Shown: in pieces, positions 43,930 through 53,969 of the stretch | Numbering within the stretch: the first letter of the stretch is position 1 | How the letters are laid out: each line of letters begins with the position of its first letter | Assembly: GCA_035297365.1 (NCBI GenBank) | Contig: DATGZA010000014.1 | Span: 160,001-224,000 of the forward strand | Source: Nitrososphaeraceae archaeon | GTDB taxonomy: Archaea; Thermoproteota; Nitrososphaeria; Nitrososphaerales; Nitrososphaeraceae | DNA: 64,000 nucleotides | Direction of reading: 5' to 3' | Notes under the pieces: model-generated | The model's database searches: none | What the model was told of the DNA's origin: nothing | Seen by the model: only the letters and a program-made list of their open reading frames with translations | Program-made: the position numbers and the translations under genes

Positions 43930-44253
43930 TTAGACTTGAATAATTCCAAAATAAAATGAGTTGAAAATATTCAGGTAATCATCCTCATCGTCATCAAATA
44001 GCCATGGCTGACATACGTTTGGATATCTCAATGAATCATCAGGGTCGTCACAGACATCATCTTCAAAATATGTCCTCTCTTTTTCATTCTCAATCTCATA
44101 TCTGTCCTTTTTAACACTCCATTCTCCCCCATAACCTTCGCAATATTATTTAGGTTTGTCTTCTTTACCTGCATATATAATAGATATTAGCGAGGTAAAT
44201 GAAACAATAGTTACCATCAGCACAGGAATCATTATGCGTTTTGTTTCTATCAT
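43930..44253 (-). pseudogene. Small secreted acidic Cys-containing protein with in-frame TAA
   Basis: Signal peptide, TAA at 44146-44148, then YCEGYGGEW...EDDVCDDPDD...YPNVC in frame. Confidence 0.55.
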
Positions 44254-44784
44254 AAAATTGTTATTCAAACATTATAAGATATTGTTAACCTTTTATGGGT
44301 AACCATGGAATTAGTCTTTCAGCTTTAGAAAGATCTTTTAGTTACAGAAATTCTTAAATTAAGAACTAAGACTCATAAGATTTTCATTTATAGATTCGAA
44401 AAGTGAATTCTTTATTTGAAATAATTAATTAACTAAGGTCATCGTATTGAACAGATAAGATTTACATATGCCTTTAAAACTTCTGCTTGAAATGTGACCA
44501 TCTTTATGCAATAGGAATATGCAGCAAATCCTAAATTCAGGGCTTGGATTTCCGTGGTTAGCTCCTTCATTAAATCAGGATTACCATTTTTAATATGAAT
44601 TTTTATAGTGGCTGTAACCAAATAATCAAAATGTTTATTATACTTACGTTCTAAATGTATACAGGATGGCAGCAAAAAAGAAGAGTAAAAGTAAGAGTAC
44701 GAAAAAAAAATAAAGCGTTAGCATCTATTTCTATTTTTTGTCTAACTCTTCTCATTCGTTTATTGACACAGTTGTATATTATTT

Positions 44785-45177
44785 TCAAATTATATTTTCA
44801 TCAACTTCAAAGAATCTTAACTTGCCTGGATAAGGGATTGGATTTTTTAACATCTTTGCATCTCTAATGAAGAAACCATATCTATAGCCTTCAAAATACT
44901 TGGTAATCACAGAAAAGTGTTTGTGTCTGTCCTTTTCAAATTCTTGTTCATTACTGTATTCTTTAACATCATATAGAAAAGCAGAACCTATTATTGCTCC
45001 TATTGTAAAGTTGTTACTATTCATATCTAGTCTTTCACAGGATTCTATATCGATATTTTTTGAGGCATGAATTAGAAATTCTGCTCGGAATGAAGAATTC
45101 CATTTCCTTAGCTCTATTGTCTTTTCACCATGAGCTAAAAGGTCTGCAAAAGGCTGTTTTAATGACAAACATTTCAT
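44785..45177 (-). CDS. ASCH domain protein
   Basis: CLSLKQPFA, GEKTIELR, LIHAS and GAIIG motifs. Confidence 0.92.
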   Translation of the reverse strand: MKCLSLKQPFADLLAHGEKTIELRKWNSSFRAEFLIHASKNIDIESCERLDMNSNNFTIGAIIGSAFLYDVKEYSNEQEFEKDRHKHFSVITKYFEGYRYGFFIRDAKMLKNPIPYPGKLRFFEVDENII

Positions 45178-45619
45178 GAAATGCTGGTGTATTGTTACAA
45201 GGAACTTGTAATTTTATTTTATGTCTTTGTATGTTTTGTCATTTATTTTTGCTAGATTTCAATCTAGCGGATGCGTTTTTGATCTTCGAATATCGGCATT
45301 GGATGCTTTATCATTACGAAAACATGCAAATGCTCTACAATAATAAAAAAAACCACAAGAAGGACATATTGGGTTTACTAATGATGACATATTCAAAATA
45401 GCAATTAAGACATTTCATATTACAAACATAAATTATAATTTTTATATACACCTATGGGAAAATTGATTGAGTAATAACAGATATTTCATTATAAGTAGTA
45501 AACTTGAAGTTTATTTCCTTATTAATGTCTCATAACAATTTATGAATCAATCAAAGAACTCTACTAGTTTCAGAATTCTGAACCTCTGGTTGATGATATT
45601 ATTGTCAATTTTTATAACA

Positions 45620-45769
45620 TGTGAAATATCAAGGAATCAGATTGGGTTTCTTATAATATTATCGAAAACCTTTATTTCTTTCAAAACAAATAATAGATAG
45701 AGCACATAATCTCTAATTAATGAATCCGAAAATTAGGATTCGAAGTGAGCATATTTCGCTCAAGGCTCA
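45620..45769 (+). repeat. ~150-bp promoter plus structured-RNA-like repeat, copy 2
   Basis: GAAAACCTTTATTT, then a 70-nt cloverleaf-like unit containing CGCTCAAGGCT, identical to the tRNA 3' end. Confidence 0.85.
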
Positions 45770-45884
45770 TCCTTTAAGCATAAATTTTGATATTTTTGAA
45801 AAATCGGTTGCGTATTTATGACTATCGACATAACTTTTTATCAGAATTCGTATATATCATCTTGTTATATTATTAAGTTGGATT

Positions 45885-46244
45885 TTGAAAGTCATCAGGA
45901 AACAACAAGGAAAATCGGTTAGTACCAAGGTAAAGATTTCGGATAAAAGTATCAATACGAATAAAGATAACAGATCAACTAAAGTAACGATAAGAAAGAA
46001 TAGAATTTTATCAAATCAGAAAATGGTAGGAAAAGATATGGTAAAGAGACAGTTTAAAGGAAGTAGTAGGAAATTATGTATGGGGATAACTATGGATAAA
46101 GAATTCCTTGAAGGGTATTTAGACAAGCATGCAGCTGAACTGAAAATGTCAAGGAGCTGGCTTGCATATTCAATACTTAGAATGTACTATGGTTTACCAG
46201 TAGAACAAAATATAAAGAAAGCATTGTGGTCTTCTAAAAAATAA
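45885..46244 (+). CDS. Basic protein with ribbon-helix-helix-like C-terminus
   Basis: MGITMDKEFLEGYLDKHAAELKMSRSWL CopG-like pattern; start uncertain. Confidence 0.6.
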   Translation: MKVIRKQQGKSVSTKVKISDKSINTNKDNRSTKVTIRKNRILSNQKMVGKDMVKRQFKGSSRKLCMGITMDKEFLEGYLDKHAAELKMSRSWLAYSILRMYYGLPVEQNIKKALWSSKK

Positions 46245-46780
46245 TTTTCCTACAACAACAAATTCACTGTAAGATTTATTGAAAAAATTCAGAAAAGAAG
46301 ATTAAAAAGAATATTATAAAAAATATTATGAATAACAGATAAAATAACCGGGAGAAAAAACGATTCAACATTAGTAATTCAAATATTAATTCAGTATTTA
46401 ATTATATTTTTACATTTAGTATGGGTCTTCAATTTTATAAGTCGTGCATCATTTCCATTCATAAATGTAAATAATATCTCTTTTTACCAAAACATTATAC
46501 TTTTATTATCGTATCAATATCGGTATTACATCGCACGCGTCAATAATGTTTAGGGTTTTATTTATTGCACAATACATTAATTATCAAATCAATTTTAGTT
46601 ATATAAATGAGAAATTAAAAGAAAGGTAATGAATTTTAGTAAAAAGAGGTGTATTACTTGGTGTTGATTTTTATGAAATAGATGTGGTATGTAAGAATCA
46701 TGAATCTTGGAAAGAAAAGATGAAGTGATAATGTACAGCTATCAAAAAATATGAAATCAATGCAATTGGTGGGTGAATAA

Positions 46781-47092
46781 ATGGGTATAGCGTCACAAGT
46801 ATTTAGATATCTTTTTGGTTTCATAATCCTATTAACAGGATTTGGATTAATAATAACAGCATTGGCTCAGCCTTTACTGTTTTTAGGCGGTATTCCTATA
46901 ATTGGTTTATTAGTAACAATCTTTGGATTTGCCATTATGTATCTGGCACACAGGTCAAGACCTACAAAAGAAAAGGAGATGTTGAAGATGCAGGCTGAGG
47001 AGTAATTTAGAGAACAAAAGTTGAAGAAGGATATGGAAAAGAGAAAGATAGAGGAGATGGAAAAAGCGGAAAAGGAAAGGGAAAAAGAATAG
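46781..47092 (+). pseudogene. Two-TM protein with charged tail and probable premature TAA at 47003
   Basis: Frame continues FREQKLKKDMEKRKIEEMEKAEKEREKE after the TAA; could also be a functional 74-aa protein. Confidence 0.55.
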
Positions 47093-47583
47093 ACATGAAA
47101 TTAAATTTTTAAATTTGTATCTCAATAACATATTATACTTTCATCTAATTTGCATTGCGTGTTATACCTCATTATCTGAAAAGTTATTGCTAAATAAAAT
47201 CATAAAATAAAAGATATAAAATAATTTATTACTTTTGCAGACAGAATTTCTCACGAAGCACAAAATATCTTTTAGACAATTCCATCTAATTTTTGTATTC
47301 TAATAAATTCTATGCATCAACATTATTACATTTATTTGCATGGTTTAAAAATTCCGATGTTTTAGAAGTATGCATAAACTACTTACTGATTTAAAAATAA
47401 AAATGAATAGAATGAATTGTTGACAAATTAAATAGGATAACTATTTCATAATACAATTTTGAACCAAGACATGGATATTTCTTATATTTTTTTATTGCAA
47501 ATAATATGTGGAATGTTTTTCTGTAATTAGCTTACCTCTTCATGTGACGTTATACTAAAATAAGTAAATTCTTTATTAATAAT

Positions 47584-47844
47584 ATGGCAAATAGAAGCAG
47601 AACAGAAATAGTTTGTAATATACTTGATGCTGCAAATGGAGGAGCAACCAAGACAAAAATTATGTACATAGCTTTCGTAAGTTATAATCAATTAAAAGAG
47701 TATCTTTCTATTTTGATAGAATACAATCTAATAGAATATATTGATGGCACTCACACATTCAAGACAGCAGAAAAAGGATTAAACTTTGTTAAAATGCATA
47801 ACGAAATGGGAGAATTATTACAAAATACCATCAAAAATAACTAA
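47584..47844 (+). CDS. Small archaeal wHTH regulator
   Basis: RSRTEI...IL.....TKTKIMY...SY.QLKEYL..L...T.EKG pattern. Confidence 0.88.
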   Translation: MANRSRTEIVCNILDAANGGATKTKIMYIAFVSYNQLKEYLSILIEYNLIEYIDGTHTFKTAEKGLNFVKMHNEMGELLQNTIKNN

Positions 47845-48163
47845 TTAATTTATAATCTGAGGTATGGTAACAACTAAAGACTGTTCAATAGTTGGTGACT
47901 AATCAGTAACGAACTGTTACACAGATTATATATCATTTTTTAATACGATATTATAGTTTCACAATAATTGATTTGTTGTGCTTAAGTATGGGATCACAGG
48001 TGATTGTGATTCACTTCACCACTGACTTTTTATTACGCAGCGTTATAAGGGAATCAATAATGTCTCAAAAACATCATTTCAACCATCTTTGACCTTTTTA
48101 TAATGCCAACAATTTTGTAATACAAAGTAATTTTTAAATATTATCTTATTTATTACTATAACA

Positions 48164-48409
48164 TTAGACTCGTATTTTTGCAAAGCTATCAGTATTACTG
48201 CTGATGGTTATGTGCCTGTCCATAGGCCTGTATATCCATTTCTTATAGGGTCTATTACCATTGGTGTCTTCAAATTCACTTGGTAATTCTATTGATGTTG
48301 TTTTATCTGGAGTTACATCATATTTTAATATCTTTTTATCAAAATCATAAACAGGATTATACAATTCAACAATCACAATATTTTCTATAATTTGTAATAA
48401 TATTCTCAT
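48164..48409 (-). pseudogene. Probable gene fragment
   Basis: IVELYNPVYD...LKYDVTPD..TSIELPSEF resembles a C-terminal piece of a secreted family (from recall). Confidence 0.35.
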
Positions 48410-48585
48410 GTTTATTCAGACTATCTTGATTTACATTTAATTGAACCTTAGATAATTAAATTTTCTACAAACATACATGTATTACAAATATTCATGAAAA
48501 TGAATGAAAAAATAGAAATAGCTAAAAATACATTCATGTTAGTCGGAACTAATAAAAAATCCCAAATTCGATAACCTTTGATTTT

Positions 48586-49755
48586 TTAATTAAAATCAAC
48601 AATTTCAATCCAATTTGGATCTTTACCCGACTCATACCGATCCAAGAGTTTTAATTCACCAGTTTCTGGATTGATCGCGTGTACCGATAAATGATCTGAT
48701 TTTTGTCCTGCTACGATTACAAAATTACCCTTAGGATCAATATTAAAACCACGTGGCATCTTTTCAGTATCGTAGGTTCCAATGTAAGTCAAATTACCCA
48801 AGCGACTGTCAACAGCAAATGCGCTAATCGTGTTGGTAGCTCTTTCACTTACGTATAACCATTTACCATCAGGTGTTATGTGAATATCTGCAACTTTAAT
48901 GGTAGTACTCTCCCCATCTGTCATACCTTGGGCACCATATCCGGCTACATTAGTTGATTGTTCAAGGTTTATGTTAGGAGGAAATACCGAAATTCTCTGG
49001 ATTTCCGTTAAAGTTCCTGTCTTGTTATTGATTTCATAAGAATAAACCGTACCATCCATTTCATTTGATACAAAGACAAACTTGTTATTTGGTGAAAAAG
49101 CAAGATGTCGTGGTCCAGAACCCTCTTTTGTATATACAGCATCAGGATCGTTTGGTGTAAGAATTCCAGTAGATTCATTAAACAAAAATTGTCTTATCTG
49201 GTCATTTCCTAATTGAGGTACGTACACAAATCGGTTTGATGCATCAACTAAAATTGAATGGGGATTTGGACCCGTAGGAATTACCTGTATAGGTTCTGCT
49301 TGGACGAAACCTTTCAGGTTTATAGGATTTACCGCAATTTTTGATCCAGTATAGGATGCTGATAAAAGAAAACGTCCGTTTTGATCTACAGAGATATATA
49401 CCATGTTATCTGTCAACGGTTCTTTAGAAAGATGAGTTAGGTTACCAGTCTCAGAATTAATCGAATAAGAAATTACTGAATAAGGTTCTGAACGAACAGA
49501 AGCATAGAGGAACCGATGTTCTGGACTCAATGCCATATGCATCACGTTTGGCCCAGCATGTACCTTTTCCAGCATTTTCATATCACCTGTTTCAGCATTT
49601 AACTTCATGACTGCAATATTTCCATCACCACCATTAGAAACATACACAAACGTTCTATCTGAATTAGCATACACAAACGTTCTATCTGAATTAGACTGAA
49701 TTATTACCAAAAATAAAATCTGAATCATTAGCGCCCTCACAAAAATTCGAAGCAT
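48586..49755 (-). CDS. Secreted 6-phosphogluconolactonase-like beta-propeller
   Basis: PHS, GSGPRH, ADIHITPDG.WLY.SER and PRGFNIDP motifs of Pgl/YbhE; in-frame 27-bp duplication at 49641-49694. Confidence 0.88.
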   Translation of the reverse strand: MLRIFVRALMIQILFLVIIQSNSDRTFVYANSDRTFVYVSNGGDGNIAVMKLNAETGDMKMLEKVHAGPNVMHMALSPEHRFLYASVRSEPYSVISYSINSETGNLTHLSKEPLTDNMVYISVDQNGRFLLSASYTGSKIAVNPINLKGFVQAEPIQVIPTGPNPHSILVDASNRFVYVPQLGNDQIRQFLFNESTGILTPNDPDAVYTKEGSGPRHLAFSPNNKFVFVSNEMDGTVYSYEINNKTGTLTEIQRISVFPPNINLEQSTNVAGYGAQGMTDGESTTIKVADIHITPDGKWLYVSERATNTISAFAVDSRLGNLTYIGTYDTEKMPRGFNIDPKGNFVIVAGQKSDHLSVHAINPETGELKLLDRYESGKDPNWIEIVDFN

Positions 49756-49962
49756 GAATGAGACTATGCAGTGTCTTTTGTTATTATTAATTTATCCATA
49801 TGTTATTGTCGGTAGATATAATAATTTGAACCAACTTTTGGAATCATTTGAAATAAATATTAATCAAAAGAGATCCATGTAAATAGAAAAAATTTTGTAT
49901 TCTGTTCTAATAGCTATTTCGATATCTATAATAACTATGACTAAAATCCTTATCTCAGAAAA

Positions 49963-50265
49963 ATGCAACCAGATAACAAAAACAATAGGAAATCAAATTA
50001 TTCATTTTTAACCAAATCAGAATTCGACCTATTCAATGGAAAAGGACATTAATCTATTTCAAATAACTTTGAGTATAAAATGAGATCCAATATTAAAAAG
50101 TTCTTATATTCTTGGAAAATGAATTACCACGACTTGCAGAAAATAACCTGATTTCCTTTGGCTATGACAGTTACAATATTGATCCTAATATTGTAGAAAA
50201 TATTGAAAATGATAATGACTTGGTAAGGAAACGGTCGCGGGATCGGATCCTTCTCAAGGCTATAA
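49963..50265 (+). pseudogene. Second small att-associated ORF, decayed, ending in the tRNA copy
   Basis: SFLTKSEFDLFNGKGH*SISNNFEYKMRSNIKK/FLENELPRL.../LGKETVAGSDPSQGY; homologous to 38856-39115. Confidence 0.68.
50219..50261 (+). repeat. att-like copy of the tRNA-Thr 3' half
   Basis: 39/43 identical to tRNA 35944-35986. Confidence 0.92.
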
Positions 50266-50342
50266 TACAGAAAAATAAAAAAATATAATATTATTTAATA
50301 TACCTAAAAATGGTATCTAGCTTTGATCTCAAACAGTGGCAG

Positions 50343-50480
50343 TTATTCACCTTCATATTTCTCTTCTTCCAGTTCATCTTCTTCTTCCTGTTTATCATCC
50401 TCTATGTGATGAGTTTCATCCTTATTTTCTTCTCTTTCAGTTTGTTCACTTTCTTCCTCATTTTCAGATTTATTACTCAT
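50343..50480 (-). CDS. 45-aa hyper-acidic small protein
   Basis: MSNKSENEEESEQTEREENKDETHHIEDDKQEEEDELEEEKYEGE; may be truncated. Confidence 0.45.
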   Translation of the reverse strand: MSNKSENEEESEQTEREENKDETHHIEDDKQEEEDELEEEKYEGE

Positions 50481-50799
50481 AATTATAATGATATAAAAGT
50501 AAATCTAATAACTTTATTGTCATGTCTTTTTATTTTTTAAAAAATCATTTATTTCTAACTTGCTAGGTATTTTTGTAACACGTAACGATTTATGAATTTG
50601 GGACCAAGAGAAATTGAATTCAATGTTTCAATAATATTTTTCCTCAACTATTAGATAAATAAAAATTTTTAATGTCTTCTAATATCATTAAAGAAGAACG
50701 TGTATCAGCGATTCTTCGTTTATTTTTATTAGATTGGATCAATAATTTTTCGATATAATGCTTATCTGGATTAGGCGATTCAATGAACCCCAGAATTCT

Positions 50800-51036
50800 C
50801 AGACTAAATTTTATAACCATGTCCAAAATAACTTTGTTATCTCGTTTTGAAAATTGTGTGGGTTAGTAGCTTTTTTTCAATTATGTGATAAGAACGCTTT
50901 CAAAATTATCAATTTTTTTTCTAATTTAGCTTTTAATCTTTTGAATGATAATCACCTATTCATTCTTTATTATCCTAATAGCCATTCTAATTGTGTTTTA
51001 GTAAATAGCGATGGTTTAACGATTTGGTTAACTCAA
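50800..51036 (-). pseudogene. Third, heavily decayed member of the att-associated small ORF family
   Basis: VNQIVKPSLFTKTQLEWLLG, then frameshifted K.KS..RKKIDNFE. Confidence 0.5.
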
Positions 51037-52850
51037 TTATAGGCTGCTAATATTTTATCCTAGATAAAATCAATTTGAAAGAAAGAAATACAAAAGTCAC
51101 AATAATTTTATAATGACAATATGATAGTTTAGTATTATGTGTTGAGAATATTCATGTCAGGAAACAGATTGTATTTGTAGCTATTCACAGAAGATGAAGG
51201 GATATCGTTATCATGTTGTGTATACTAAAGTTGTGATCTGTGATAACTGGTCTTCTATTTATCTTCAGTTTGCTTAATAACCATAATACATCTTTAAAAT
51301 AGTCAATCGATGACTTCTGGAGCGATATCAGGAGATTATCTTGATTATGAGAATCAATTACAGTTCTGCTATCTTTGGTTTTATTCTCTTTGTTTATACC
51401 TACCTCATTTTTAGAGGTGCGATTCATCAAACACCAATTCAAAACCATATATATATCAAAGTTTATCCCCCCTCTATCACCTGATACCAGGAACAGAAAT
51501 ATTTATGAGCCTCCTCACACAAGCACTCTAAAAAATTAGAGATTTCTAGCTAAAAATGCTTTTGGCCTCCGAGTTCGCGGCTTTTTGTATTATCTAAAGA
51601 AATTAAGTACTTCCGGCACAAAAAAGTTATTTGATATTAGAAATGATGATAGAAAATTAGAAATATCTAGGTTTTCTATATTTTGGTCTAGATAATTCTA
51701 CTAAAGTATCCTCAAGGATATTTCTAGCGCAGCCATCAGGATGTTCGGTATATTATCTATAATCACGCCTGCTGTCTTTTAGTGGAAGCATACTTTAATC
51801 GCATCTGTACACTGTTTAGATACAAGATAGAACAAATCGGTGATATGCGATCCGTACTTTCTTTTTATGTTCTCTGTATTTAATGCCTAGTATTCTTCTA
51901 AGTTTCCATAGAAACTGTTAATTTTTCTTTAATCGTTTGTACAATGTTGATTGTTTATTTATTCCTCTGTTAAATGCTGATTTTTCTCGTTTCATGTTGG
52001 GATAATATCGTTAGGTCATAATATCGTGAGTTAACTCGAATCTCATGGGGGCTTTGCGTTAAAAAATAGTTATATACATTTTAGTCTAGGTCAAAACATT
52101 TCCTAAAAGATATAAACAAATAATTATAATTTATAAGCCCTGTGACTTGTTAGATATAAACAAAATAAGGCAGCCAGAACAACATTTATTTTCATTTTTA
52201 TTGAAATAATCACACTTTCGACAATTTAAAAATGACGATTTTGTCTTTTTATACGCTAATAACAGAGGATGAATTTCTTATAGAGATGAGCGGTAACAAT
52301 CCAGTCGCAACTCAATTTGATGTTTCTAGTATCACGTTGGATGATTGGTTGGGTCCAAGTATATATGTAATAAAATACACAGTATATCAATCACTTTCGC
52401 AAGATTTAGTTTCTTTAGAACAGCAATTCCCAGATCCACGATTCGTTAATCTTCCCGGTTCAACACTATTTTTTGAGATTGTATTTAGTACTATATTACG
52501 GCAACAATAACAAGAGGAGCGAGAGAATCACATATCTGTACTATACAAAACCAATTTGTCGTTTTGAATGAAGAATAAAATTGGAAAATAATTATCAAGC
52601 AAGACTTGGTAACCAGTATACCAATTGAACAAACTGTTTTTCTTCTTTTTTTCTTTTTTTCAATAATTGATTAATCTGTTACTCTAAGGAAATTGCTACT
52701 AACGGTAATAACATGAATACTAGTAAAAGATTTGTTTTAATAATGTGAAAATTCTTTTTCAGTTCCTCCCCTTTATCTTTTGGGATCTTTAAATAATTTA
52801 CATTTACATCTCAATATTGTTTTTTAGTAGAGTATATTACATTATATTTA

Positions 52851-53234
52851 ATGAAAAATATCTTAATAGTTGATGATGATCTTGATACTTCTTTAAGATA
52901 TAAGAAATGGTTGGAAGAAGATGATTTCAATCTAACTTTAATAAACGACCCACAATTAGCAGAAAAAAATTTTAGATCTCAAGACTATGATCTTGTTCTT
53001 ATTGGTTTTAGAATGTCTGTAATGGATGGTTTTGATCTTTATAATAAATTGCTTGAGATATCAAAAAAGGTAGAGGATACACCTCAAGAATTTAAGATAT
53101 GTTTTATGACATCATCACTAATAAATTATAAAGCGTTAGCAGAAATGCATCCAGAATTTGGAAAGGAATGTTATGTTTCAAAACAAGTTCCAAAAGATAT
53201 TTTTATAAAACATATCAATTCCTTGATACCCTGA
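52851..53234 (+). CDS. Stand-alone receiver (REC) domain lacking the phospho-Asp
   Basis: ILIVDDD, DLVLIGFRMSVMDG, CFMT and VSK; Gly at the usual Asp position. Confidence 0.88.
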   Translation: MKNILIVDDDLDTSLRYKKWLEEDDFNLTLINDPQLAEKNFRSQDYDLVLIGFRMSVMDGFDLYNKLLEISKKVEDTPQEFKICFMTSSLINYKALAEMHPEFGKECYVSKQVPKDIFIKHINSLIP

Positions 53235-53969
53235 ATTACTCATTTCTTATTTTTTAACTCTTCAATATCTGCTCTATGGTCTACATTAAACAATTTGAGG
53301 TATCTGAAGATGATGTATTTAACAGCATAAGCATGGCACTAACGACATCATTGTATATAGTTTCTACTTGTAAAGTACCAAGAAAAAGTAGTGTTCCAGC
53401 ATCATAGTAAAACAATTTAACTTACCTGAAGATAGATTAGATTGGTATATGCATATACATAATACCTTCTACTGATCTTACCAAATACTGTAGCATCGTT
53501 ACCAATATTATAAGATTCTCTAATAACTAAGTAAACCCTTTACCCAGTCATAGGTACCAAGATAATGAGATGTTATTTCAGGTATTCACAGATGATAAAT
53601 TTGATGATGAGTATTGGTCAACATTTAAGGAATATCTTCTAGAAATATAAATATCTAGAAATATAAATAAAAGAGCACTGCTAGCATCAGGTTTTTTTTC
53701 TAAAAATATCATTATTTAGTGATAAAGAATAATGGTCAGCAAAGTAAAGAAGAAATCAATAATTTGACAGAACGTGATAAGATATAAGAAGATGAATTAC
53801 CATATTTGTAAGATTAAATATTGAATCGGATAGAAAATTTCGAGAAAAAGAGAAATGAGATTTCTAGAACATATCAATCAAAAATAAATTTCAAGAATAG
53901 TGTCAACAATAATATTTGCATTAGTAAAGATCACTGCTACGCAAGTGACGAAAAATATCTTTATTTGAC

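Larger units (their letters stand above)
35944..50261. mobile_element. Tandem array of integrated or decayed elements at tRNA-Thr
   Basis: tRNA 3'-end copies at 39070-39110, 42808-42820, 45757-45767 and 50219-50261; accessory cargo and many pseudogenes between them. Confidence 0.75.

Noticed and set aside
51100-52600. Possible transposase or integrase remnant
   Set aside because: Manual translation gave no recognisable motifs and no terminal inverted repeats were seen.
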